Shown: positions 19,706 through 28,527 of the stretch, in pieces
Position numbering within the stretch: the stretch's first letter is position 1
How the letters are laid out: every line of letters begins with the position of its first letter
Assembly (NCBI GenBank): GCA_963808235.1
Contig: CAWEEQ010000004.1
Span: 1,088,001 to 1,152,000 of the forward strand
Direction of reading: 5' to 3'
Length of the DNA: 64,000 nucleotides
Origin: an uncultured delta proteobacterium
GTDB taxonomy: Bacteria > Desulfobacterota > Binatia > Binatales > Binataceae
The notes under the pieces: model-generated
The model's database searches: none
The model's input: the letters and a program-made list of their open reading frames with translations, nothing else
What the model was told of the DNA's origin: nothing
Made by a program: the position numbers and the translations under genes

Positions 19706-20685
19706 TTTTGCTCCTTGCGCGCGCGTTCGCCCGCTCGAACGAGCCGCGTCAGCATCCGATTGGTCGTTGCGTCGAGGCCGAGCCGCTCCGCCAGCTCGAC
19801 GATCTTTCCGTTCAGCGCGTCTATGTCGGTCCTTCCTCGAACATGAAGATCATGGAGCATGGTCGGGCGATGGTTGAACGTGATCGGAACCAGCTGCTCA
19901 TAGAAAACTTTCAGATATTCTGTATGGCTGGCGAAGGGCATCGCAACGTCGAGCGCGCGCGCGACTGCGAACGCCTCTTCGATCGCGCTATCCATGATCG
20001 GCCGTAATTCGGGATCGGCGGCCAGCGCGCCGTAGTGCAGCTTCAAAATGGCGCCGAGCGGATTCAACGCGACGTTGTAAAGAATCTTGGTCCACAGCAC
20101 CGGCATGATGTCGCCGACGCCGATCGTCGGAATTCCCGCCGCGTCGATCATTTTGGCAATCGCACCGGCACGCAACTCGAGCGCGGCGGAATCCTCGCGA
20201 TGGATTGCGGGCGCCGGACCGATCGCAACCGGCTCGGCGAAAGCGGTCACGTGGGCACTTCCGGGCTGAGGCATTTCGGCGCCGAAGATCACTCGCGCTC
20301 CGAGCACGCGGCGGCGTCCGAATCGATCGATAAGAGCCTCGATATTGCCGAGCCCGTTTTGCATCGAGACGACGACGCCGTCATCGGCCAGATGCTCGGC
20401 GAGCGAGGCCGCGATCGTTTTGGTGTCGTAACTTTTGACGCAGCAGAAGATCACTCGGAAGCGGCGCGTGAGACGAGCGGGATCGTCGGCGAGCGTCATG
20501 CCGGTGACGGTCCGCGCGCCGAGCAACCCGGAAATGTGCAGTCCGTCGCGCGCGATCGCTTCCAGATGAGTGCGGCGGCCGAGCAGGGTCAAGTCGTGAC
20601 CGGCTGCATGAAGCATCCCGCCGATGATCGAGCCGATTGCGCCCGCGCCGGCGATTAGAATGGGAGTGTCGGCCACGTCTTCCAC
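19702..20685 (-). CDS. panE: 2-dehydropantoate 2-reductase family protein
   Basis: GAGAIGS Rossmann motif, VKSYDT, MQNGLGN, W.K...N...NP, TDIDALNG. Confidence 0.85.
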   Translation of the reverse strand: MEDVADTPILIAGAGAIGSIIGGMLHAAGHDLTLLGRRTHLEAIARDGLHISGLLGARTVTGMTLADDPARLTRRFRVIFCCVKSYDTKTIAASLAEHLADDGVVVSMQNGLGNIEALIDRFGRRRVLGARVIFGAEMPQPGSAHVTAFAEPVAIGPAPAIHREDSAALELRAGAIAKMIDAAGIPTIGVGDIMPVLWTKILYNVALNPLGAILKLHYGALAADPELRPIMDSAIEEAFAVARALDVAMPFASHTEYLKVFYEQLVPITFNHRPTMLHDLHVRGRTDIDALNGKIVELAERLGLDATTNRMLTRLVRAGERARKEQK

Positions 20686-20765
20686 GTCTCGAAGTTAGCG
20701 GGCACCGTCGCTGCAAACAACGCCATCGCTTGCCCGCCGCTCATCGCTCGCTGTAGGAAGTAACG

Positions 20766-21609
20766 ATGGAGCGGACTTCGATTCGATTGGGCGGCGTCGA
20801 GATTGCCTCTTCCGTGATGAACGCGTCGGGAGCTCGATCCGCCGAGCGCGGCGAGATCTACGAACTCTGCGCGGTGCATGGCGGAGCCGTGGTCTTCAAG
20901 TCGTGCAACCTCGCGGGACTCGAGATGCCGGAGAACCTGAAGAATCGTGGCGTCGAATATTTTGCGGAGATCGCCGGCGAACTGTCGGCGCGCGGGAAGA
21001 AAATAATCGGCAGCATTGTCGGCACGAGCGAAGAGGAATTCATTGCCGTCGCGAGGACGCTCGATCGTGCGGGCGCGAACATCGTCGAGCTGAACCTGGC
21101 CGACGAATATGTCGGAAATTCGCTGGCGCCGTTCAGCTCGTTCGAGCGTTTGAAATCCCTGCTCGGCCGTATCCGCGGAGAGACACGATGCGTGCTCGCG
21201 GTGAAAGTTCCGCCGCGGGCGCCGTTCGAGCCGCGCGCGGTCGCCGACTTGTTCAAGTCGCTTCGAATCGCGATCGCGGTATGCGCCAACGACCTTCCGA
21301 AAGATCTGGAAATCGAACGTCGCCACCGGCGTGGTGAAGGGTAGGGCGCGAACGCTATCGCAGGCGCATGCTTTCTTTCGCGAGAGTGAAAATCTACTCG
21401 ACGTGGTCGCGGTGGGCGGAATCAACGGCGGGCGCGACGCCTACATCGCGCACCTGGCGGGCGCAAAGGCGGTGCAGGTCGGCTCGGCGCTGATGAAGGA
21501 AGGGGCGGGCGCGCTGGGCAGAATCGATCGCGAGCTCGATTCGATGCTCGCCGAGCATGGCCGCAAATCCGTCTCGGAAATAGTGGGGCAGCTCCGCTTC
21601 GCCGATTGA
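20766..21609 (+). CDS. dihydroorotate dehydrogenase-like FMN protein, frameshifted near 21316
   Basis: VMNASG, VELNL, AVKVPP, VGGI..G.DA...AGA.AVQVGSA; split across ORFs 20766..21344 and 21331..21609. Confidence 0.75.
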
Positions 21610-21772
21610 GGTGAGAACGCGTCGCGCAATCGCAGTCGAATCTATCTGGACACGCTTCGCTACTTGCTATGCTTGCTCCGGCTATGCTTGCTCCGGTTCT
21701 TGCGGCTCTGATAGTTTCGGCTGTCCAGCGCGCGCATCGCGCGCGTTCGTACTTTTGGGTCCGACTCTCATC

Positions 21773-21847
21773 GTCCCCGTCGTCTAGCTCGGCCTAGGAC
21801 ACCGGCCTTTCACGTCGGTAACACGGGTTCAAATCCCGTCGGGGACG
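21773..21847 (+). tRNA. tRNA-Glu (TTC)
   Basis: Acceptor stem GTCCCCG/CGGGGAC; anticodon arm CCGGC-CT TTC AC-GTCGG; T-loop GGTTCAAATCC; CCA not encoded. Confidence 0.95.
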
Positions 21848-21916
21848 CTTTTTAAACCTGACGTGCATCTCGCCAGATTCGTTTTTCACATCCTGTGGAT
21901 TGTTCCCGAACGCACG

Positions 21917-21984
21917 TCACACTCTAGTCGCAAGAAAGAGAATCGCGCCGCTGAGGCCGACTACTCTCGATGCGCACCAGACCG
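21917..21984 (-). pseudogene. degenerate copy of the 3' end of the DUF4337 gene
   Basis: Translates as VWCASRVVGLSGAILFLATRV* versus VWYASIVVGLSGAALFLATRV* at 25533-25600. Confidence 0.8.
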
Positions 21985-22107
21985 CGAGCGGCGCCGGCTT
22001 TTTCGGCCTACCCGTTTGGACACCTCAAGCCAGTGGCCGTCGGCGCGAGAATACTGTAATACCATCGCGAATCCGGGGATTCGAAAATATGGTGGGAGGG
22101 AGCTACG

Positions 22108-23025
22108 ATGAACATGAGGGGCGTTCTGATAGCCGCAACGGCGGCCGTGGTAATGTTTGCATCGGTCGGAACCAACGCGCATGCAGCAGGCGGCGGGGCG
22201 AAATGTGTATCGACTTCTGGCGATGTTCCGAAGACGGGAACGGACGGCAGCACATGCGACGCCGATGTCGCGACCGCCCCCGGAAAGGCGACCGCGACCG
22301 CCTCAGGGGATAGTGGTTCCGGGGCCGATGCCAACAACTCAAGTGTCGCGAACGCGACCGCGAAAAACGAGAGCGAAGCTCTAGCAGATGCCAACAACGG
22401 TTCCAAAGCGAAAGCGACCGCCAGTAACAGCAGTGGAGCAGTTGCAGAGGCAGACACTTCCTCCAAGGCTACCGCTACCGCACGAGCCGGCGGTTTTGGT
22501 GACTCGGTTTCCTCTGGCACCTCTTCTGCGGTGACAAACGCATCGGGTACCGGTAGCGAAGCTGAGGCCGACGCAACGACCGGCGGCAAAGCTACCGCGA
22601 CCATCAAGGATAGTGCGGGGTCCTTACACTCGGAAGCCTTCGCCGAGCACGGTGGCACTGTTACGACGAAAGTCACGAGCGGTGGAATCGCCGGGGCAGA
22701 AGCTGACGCGCAATGCAAGGTAACCGCGACCGCCTCAAATGGCGGCATAGTTGGTGAAACAGGCTGCTTAGCATCAGGCGGTTCGGTAGTAGCAACGGCA
22801 AACCAGGGCGGGACTGTAAGTGCTATTTCCACTGCGGCATGCAAAGTAGAAGGTACCGCCAACGGCATCGGCGCGGAGGCATCCGCTGACTGTTCAATTT
22901 CCGGTTCACTGGTGAAAGCCACGGCACCCGCAGGCGGACATGCTTTCGGTTCGGATACCGCGACTTCCGTCTGTACGGGTGGCGGAAAGGTCAAAAGCCC
23001 TTTCGACGGCGGGTGCTCTAGCTGA
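22108..23025 (+). CDS. secreted Ala/Gly/Ser/Thr-rich repeat protein (probable beta-solenoid)
   Basis: Signal peptide ending AHA; ~11/22-aa repeats GSxAxAxA..GGKATATA; paired Cys near both ends. Confidence 0.8.
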   Translation: MNMRGVLIAATAAVVMFASVGTNAHAAGGGAKCVSTSGDVPKTGTDGSTCDADVATAPGKATATASGDSGSGADANNSSVANATAKNESEALADANNGSKAKATASNSSGAVAEADTSSKATATARAGGFGDSVSSGTSSAVTNASGTGSEAEADATTGGKATATIKDSAGSLHSEAFAEHGGTVTTKVTSGGIAGAEADAQCKVTATASNGGIVGETGCLASGGSVVATANQGGTVSAISTAACKVEGTANGIGAEASADCSISGSLVKATAPAGGHAFGSDTATSVCTGGGKVKSPFDGGCSS

Positions 23026-23123
23026 CCGAGCGATCCTATCGCTGAACTGAGTGGGGTAAGGGACCGGCGAGGACTCCCAGCGGCATCGATCTTCTTCGGG
23101 ACGATGGGTCGCGCGGCTCGTTG

Positions 23124-23175
23124 GCGCATCGCGCGCGTTCGTACTCTTGGGTCCGACTCTCATCGTCCCCGTCGT
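23124..23175 (+). repeat. 52-bp duplicate of the tRNA-Glu leader plus the first 11 nt of the tRNA
   Basis: Matches 21732-21783 with one mismatch. Confidence 0.9.
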
Positions 23176-23490
23176 GCGCGTTTGCGCCCACGGTTCGGGG
23201 CGTGGCTCCTTGCAGGCGTGTACTGGCTCAATCTAAACAGCGGCGCGATACAGGCTCTTACTCCGGTCTTGACGCTTATGAGATTGGCGTCTCGCGCAGC
23301 ACTTGACACGAGCGAGGCTGGTCGGGAAAAGTGGCACCAACGGCGCCGACCGGTCGCCGAGCTTTGGAACATCCGCCCCAGCCGGGGTTCCATTGGCGAA
23401 GGGGAAGCAGCCCTCACGGTCGTCGATATCACAGGCCATCTCTAAATACCGCGTCGCTGGGGGACGAGGGTATAAAGAGGAGGCTTGTCC

Positions 23491-24570
23491 ATGACCAAGC
23501 ACGGCAGTTTCAAGAAGGTTGTCCGGCGCCACGCGCACGACACCGGTCAGCGCTACACCGAAGCGCTCACCGACCTTGAGGGCCTCGGAGAGCCCGGATG
23601 TTCCATCAGCCCGTCGCTGAGCGCCTAGTCGCCCATCTCCGGGATCACTACGGCATCGACGCGGTCGCCGCGACGAAGGTCAGTCAGCACCACGACCACG
23701 TCTTTCGCATCGACCGCCGCGACGGCGACCCCTGGATTGCGCGCGCGTTTCTCGCCGGCTCGCCCGCGGGCCGGCGTTGAAGGCGATGCCGCGATCCTGC
23801 GGTTCCTGGAGCGGCACGACTACCCGGCGGAGCGGCTCGCGATCGACGACGCGGTGTCGGCGTTCGACGACTCGACCGTCCTCGTCACCCGATTCGTCCC
23901 CGGACGGGCCGCTCCCTCGCTGGCCGTCGGCGCGAGGGCAGCGAGAAGTTCGCCATCATGGGTGACCTGCTCGGACGGCTGCATGCCCTGCCATTCGACG
24001 AGTCCGTCAGCCGCCCTGGTGGGGCGAGTGGTGAGGATCCCAGCCGCGAGGGCAGCCCGCGTCAGGACCTGCATGGCGGCGCTCGCGTTCCTCGACGCGG
24101 TCGACACGAAGGTCGCTCCGGCCGATCGCGAGCGATTCGATCGGCTCCGCGACCAGGTGCGCTCGGCCGACGACGGCCAGGGCCTGCCCGAGGCGTTGCT
24201 CCACGGCAACCTCCTCCACGCCCCCGACCACGTGATCGTGAGCGAGCACGGGCCGGTGGCGATCAAGTGGAAGGCGGCCGGGCGCGGCCCGCGCCTCGCC
24301 GACTTCGCCTAGCTGATGTGGGGCACCTGTCTCAATGCGGACTGGATCGACGCTGCCGTGCGCGCATACCGCCAGCACGTCGAGTTGACCGACGATGAGC
24401 TCGACCGGCTCGAGGCGGTGATGTACATACGGCCGCTGTACCTGGTTTGCTTCGGCTACCGGCGTGACCTCGCCAATGGCGGCCCGCCCAGGGAAAGCGA
24501 GTGGTGGTTTGGCAATGGGGTCGAGTACATGAGCAAAGCTGCAGCCGCGATCCGAGCCGCTTGGCGCTGA
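23491..24570 (+). pseudogene. aminoglycoside phosphotransferase/choline kinase-like gene, disrupted
   Basis: GAGGAGG RBS; VFRIDR..G..WIAR, LGRLHALP, LLHGN, GPRLADFA motifs spread over several frames; in-frame TAG at 24310-24312. Confidence 0.7.
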
Positions 24571-24668
24571 TCGCTACTCCCAGTCGCGAGGATCTTTTAA
24601 CCTGATGCGCATCTCGCCCGACTTCGCTTTAACCTGACGCGGATTCGCTTTTCACGGCTTGCCGACAG

Positions 24669-24682
24669 GACCAGATATGGTC
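24669..24682. promoter_or_regulatory. putative TA autoregulatory operator
   Basis: Palindrome GACCA-GATA-TGGTC just upstream of the antitoxin start. Confidence 0.45.
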
Positions 24683-24693
24683 ATGATCAGGTC

Positions 24694-24954
24694 ATGAAAC
24701 AGGTGCGCATCGCTCAGCTCAAGTCTCATCTGAGCGAATACCTTCGGGCAGTTCGTGGCGGCCAGACTATCGCGGTACTGGATCGTGAGACCCCAGTCGC
24801 GCACATCGTCCCGATCAGAGAACGAGCGGCCTTGAAGATTCGGATCCCGACGCCCGGTACTCCTCGGCCTAACCGCGTTGCGTTGCCGAAGCCCCTGAAA
24901 ATCCCCATCGACATCGTCGACCTGCTGCTCGAGGAGCGGCAAATCAATCGATGA
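24694..24954 (+). CDS. Phd/YefM family antitoxin
   Basis: VRIAQLKSHLSEYLRAVRGG.TI.V.DR..PVA.IVP. Confidence 0.9.
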   Translation: MKQVRIAQLKSHLSEYLRAVRGGQTIAVLDRETPVAHIVPIRERAALKIRIPTPGTPRPNRVALPKPLKIPIDIVDLLLEERQINR

Positions 24955-24967
24955 TTGCATACGTGCG

Positions 24968-25384
24968 ATGATTGCATACGTGGACGCGTCGGTTTTGCTG
25001 CGCGTGGTACTTCGCCAGCCGAACGCCTTGCGCGAATGGACGCGAATCGAGCGGGGTGTCTCAAGCACGCTGGTGGTGACAGAGAGTCTCCGCACGCTCG
25101 ATCGTTTGCGACTCCGCGCGCAACTCTCAGATGCCGAAGTCGCATTGCGACGCGAAGCGGTCCTGGCCGTGATCGAGTCGCTCGAACTTATTGAGATCGA
25201 CGCCACCGTGCTTGACCGCGCGGCACAGCCGATGCCGACCGAACTTGGGACGCTCGACGCAATTCATCTGGCCAGTGCGCTCCTTTGGCGAGAGACCACG
25301 GGCGAAACGCTTGCGATGGCGACCCACGATCGGGCGCTTGCGCTCGGAGCGCAGGCACACGGCCTGCGCGTGGTCGGTGTTTAA
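24968..25384 (+). CDS. vapC: VapC/PIN-domain toxin
   Basis: AYVDASVLL, TE, LGTLDAIHLASA, THD..L. Confidence 0.9.
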   Translation: MIAYVDASVLLRVVLRQPNALREWTRIERGVSSTLVVTESLRTLDRLRLRAQLSDAEVALRREAVLAVIESLELIEIDATVLDRAAQPMPTELGTLDAIHLASALLWRETTGETLAMATHDRALALGAQAHGLRVVGV

Positions 25385-25532
25385 CGTGACGTGCATCTCG
25401 CCAGACTTCGATTGCAGTCCGGCAGGTATGGCTCCTGTCCGCGCACACAGGTTCTTTCCAATAGACCCTTAACCTGACGTGCATCACGCCAGGCGCGTTT
25501 TTCTTAACCTGTCGGTTATTCCCGAACGCACG

Positions 25533-26111
25533 TCACACTCTGGTTGCGAGAAAGAGCGCCGCGCCGCTCAGGCCGACTACTATTGAGGCGTACCAGACCG
25601 GGCGCACCCGGGTGAGTGCTGCCACCGCGCCCAGAGCGATAGCGACCTGGAACAGGGCAACGCTGTTGGCAAATCGGTGATGCTGATGCATCAGATGGTC
25701 GGCTTCGTCTGACTTCTTGTCGCGCTCAGCTTCCTTTTCGCGCGCGACCCGCTCGAGTGCAACCTGCTCGCGCGCGTAGCGCTGGCGCTCGTCTGCAAAT
25801 GACGAGGGCGGCTGCTTGCCAAGCGCGATCCATGACGACTCCGATGCTTGCTGGATCGCGGATTTGATCCCCTTTGCCTGGTAAGCCGCCCAATTGTCGG
25901 AGGCCTCGGCCTGCAGCCGGGTTGCCTCGGTCTTCATTACCAGCGCCTCGTTCACGGTGCTGCCCGCGCGCAAGGCCGCGACAGCCGCAAACGCTGCGAA
26001 GAGTGCGGTACTGAGCGCGATCGCCTTCAGTAGCGAGCCACCCCGGCGTTCGAGTTCCTCGTGAATGTTTTCATCGAGTTTGTCGGTCTCGATTTCTGGT
26101 GTCTCGGGCAC
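25533..26111 (-). CDS. DUF4337 family membrane protein
   Basis: A...A.FAA.AA.....G, ASD.W..YQAK.IK, H.RF..SV.LFQ.AI.L pattern; AGGAGG RBS. Confidence 0.8.
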   Translation of the reverse strand: MPETPEIETDKLDENIHEELERRGGSLLKAIALSTALFAAFAAVAALRAGSTVNEALVMKTEATRLQAEASDNWAAYQAKGIKSAIQQASESSWIALGKQPPSSFADERQRYAREQVALERVAREKEAERDKKSDEADHLMHQHHRFANSVALFQVAIALGAVAALTRVRPVWYASIVVGLSGAALFLATRV

Positions 26112-26239
26112 GGATGCACCTCCTGAGTGTCTAACTGGGCTGACCGCATCGCACTTCTGAGCGTAGGCCCGCGGTGCGCGCGCCCGCGGCTTCGAGCTGC
26201 TTTCACCTATTCAGATATCGAAACATCTGCACGTCCGGC

Positions 26240-26590
26240 CTATTGCAGCGCGCTCGTGAAACAGTTCTGCCGGGCAGTGTTCTGTTTGTTGCCGTTGAAC
26301 ATAATCGATCCGAACGAGACGCTTATCGGCTCGTTTTTCTTGAGGCAATCCTTGTACTTGGCGAACGCCTGTTCGTTCGTGGTGCCAGCCGGTAACGCCA
26401 GGTGGTTCACTTGGATTGTCTGCTTGAAGCAGTCCTGCTGGCTCGCCTCCAGCTTCGTCACATCCCAAACAGGGAGCGGAGGAATGCCGTGAATGCAGAC
26501 ATCGTAGGCGTCGAATGGCGGGTTCATCGGAGGCGCCGAGCCTGGACCTACCGGAGTGCCCACCGGACCAGATAGAAGGCAAGCTTCAAT
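26240..26590 (-). CDS. hypothetical Cys-containing protein (start uncertain, possibly truncated)
   Basis: The C-terminal part of ORF 26240..26800 looks protein-like; its N-terminal part does not. Confidence 0.35.
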   Translation of the reverse strand: MEACLLSGPVGTPVGPGSAPPMNPPFDAYDVCIHGIPPLPVWDVTKLEASQQDCFKQTIQVNHLALPAGTTNEQAFAKYKDCLKKNEPISVSFGSIMFNGNKQNTARQNCFTSALQ

Positions 26591-26860
26591 CAGGAGTGAC
26601 AAGGTGATGGCCGGAAAGGTTCGGTAAAGGTCCAGGCGCTGCAAGCGACGCCACGGCTGATCATGGTCCAGGCGCTGGAACAAGCGTCGGAGTGGCGCTG
26701 GGATGGCGCTCATATTGCGCTGGATTCTAGGCTGGCAGAGCGTCAAAAAGAAAACGCCCCGCGATTCGATATCGTGGGGCGTCGGAAAATTTCCGCGCAT
26801 GCGAGGTCCGCCTCGTTGCGGACGTTCAGCAGCTCGGCATATCGGTTCGATCCGCTGCTC

Positions 26861-27301
26861 TTAGTGTTTGTCCCCACCTCCGTGACTTTCTCCGCCTGCT
26901 GCGTGATTGTCCCCGCCTGCGTGACCGCGACCATCGCGCATTTCGTTTCCTTTGAAGTTGGCCACCTTATCAGGACGCTTTTCCGGCTCAGGCTTTTCGC
27001 CGCGCTTTGGCATTGGGCCCTTATAGCCGGCATGAGGATCGTAATGGTTATCTACGTGGCCTCGGAATTCGGGATGGCCATGAAACCACGGGCCGGCGCC
27101 GACGAACACACCATCAGTAAACCATTCCGGGCCGTAGTAGCCGTAGGGAGCGCAATCGTAAGGAGCGACGTCGTAGTAGCCATAAGGGCATTCGGGGGGT
27201 TCCCCGATGTTGATGGTGACCTGAGCCTTGGCTTCAGGAGCGGTCGCCAGGAAGCAGATTCCGGCCACAGCAAGTATCGCAAGAAATTTGAACCGGTTCA
27301 T
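26861..27301 (-). CDS. secreted hypothetical protein
   Basis: Signal peptide AKA|Q; CPYGYY...PY.CAPYGYYGPEWF motif; His/Gly-rich tail. Confidence 0.75.
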   Translation of the reverse strand: MNRFKFLAILAVAGICFLATAPEAKAQVTINIGEPPECPYGYYDVAPYDCAPYGYYGPEWFTDGVFVGAGPWFHGHPEFRGHVDNHYDPHAGYKGPMPKRGEKPEPEKRPDKVANFKGNEMRDGRGHAGGDNHAAGGESHGGGDKH

Positions 27302-27483
27302 AGACTATCCCTCTATCATTTACGGACGTTGTCGATTGCGTGATTGACCGTACGGAACACATACGGTGTTAAGTACGTGACCATAATACTGTACTACGGT
27401 GCATCGGGGCAAAGACGACGCAGCTTGCTTTCACTACGGCTCTTGGAGTCATCGTGGTAGTGGAATAAATCACGACGAATACT

Positions 27484-28527
27484 ATGAGCATCACGACCGA
27501 CACATATCGCTACGAAGAGATCTATCCATCGTTCAAGGCTGCGACCGACGAAAAGGAAAAGACCGCGCGCATCAATGCGGCGTTTCTGAATACTCTCGCC
27601 AACGAGCGCATCGTGCTGACCGGTAGCGAGGCTATCTCAGTTGCCGATATCGGATGCGGCCCGTGCGATACCCTGGTCAAGTATTTGACCGGGGTGAATT
27701 TCGGGCCGGGATTCAGGATTCGCGCAACTGACTACAGCCTCGAGTATGCAGACGAACGCACGGGCGAGGCGCTCAAGACTCTCGCCGACGCGCAAGCATC
27801 GGGAACGCTTCGGCTGGCCGATTTTTCAGCGCATGCGGGCGACTCATTCGCGGGGCATCTGCTCGACTTGCTGGGACGGCGTGGAACATCGGCCCGCGCG
27901 CGCGAATTTCGAATCGTCTTTGCCTCGCATGTCCTTTACCACTGCGAGACTCCGGGCAGTGCCGAGCGCCTGATCGAGGACGTGACGCAAAATGTCCTCG
28001 CCGACGACGGCATTTGCATCCTGTACCATCTTGCCAAAGTGCCATCGAGCTTCCAGGATTTTCGCGCACGCTACGGCAGCAACTCCGCCGCCGCGGCGCA
28101 CAGCAATACGCCGGCTGTCGCGATCGACGATCCTCCGGCGAAGGTCGTCGAAGTTTGCGCCGCGCGTGGAATCCCATGCCTGGTCATGAACTTCACTGCC
28201 GATCTGCGGTTCGCCATACCAGACGCGAAGATTTGGAGTTTCTTTCGCGATCCTGAAAGGTACGCGCAGCTTTGCACGCTTCATCCCGAGGCGGCGGAAG
28301 ATCTGAAACGACTGATGTTCATAACGCAGCGGGCCCCGAATGAGTTTGCCGCGGATCGTTCGCAGACTGGACTTTCCGCGTATCTCGACGAGATCGGCGA
28401 AGTTCTGAAACGCGGCGGCGGTATTTTGAGACTGGCCGAGTCGATGCAGGTGATCTATCGGCCCCGCGCAGCCGCAGACTTCGGCAAGCGTATCGAAGCC
28501 GTACTAGCCGCTACCCGGCACGGATAG
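27484..28527 (+). CDS. class I SAM-dependent methyltransferase-like protein
   Basis: VADIGCGP motif I; IVFASHVLYH. Confidence 0.7.
   Translation: MSITTDTYRYEEIYPSFKAATDEKEKTARINAAFLNTLANERIVLTGSEAISVADIGCGPCDTLVKYLTGVNFGPGFRIRATDYSLEYADERTGEALKTLADAQASGTLRLADFSAHAGDSFAGHLLDLLGRRGTSARAREFRIVFASHVLYHCETPGSAERLIEDVTQNVLADDGICILYHLAKVPSSFQDFRARYGSNSAAAAHSNTPAVAIDDPPAKVVEVCAARGIPCLVMNFTADLRFAIPDAKIWSFFRDPERYAQLCTLHPEAAEDLKRLMFITQRAPNEFAADRSQTGLSAYLDEIGEVLKRGGGILRLAESMQVIYRPRAAADFGKRIEAVLAATRHG

Noticed and set aside
19021-20007. 328-aa plus-strand ORF
   Set aside because: Mostly antisense to the JAB and panE genes; only the first ~70 codons may be a gene remnant
23444-23466. Degenerate tRNA-Glu 3' end (attR)
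   Set aside because: The match to aaatcccgtcggggacg needs several indels and could be chance in GC-rich DNA
24310-24312. TAG read-through (pyrrolysine or recoding) in the kinase-like gene
   Set aside because: The gene also has several frameshifts; a TAC-to-TAG change or error is simpler, and no pyl genes are seen
21851-25500. Complete integron
   Set aside because: No intI or attI, and only one motif copy approximates attC structure; kept as a weaker finding
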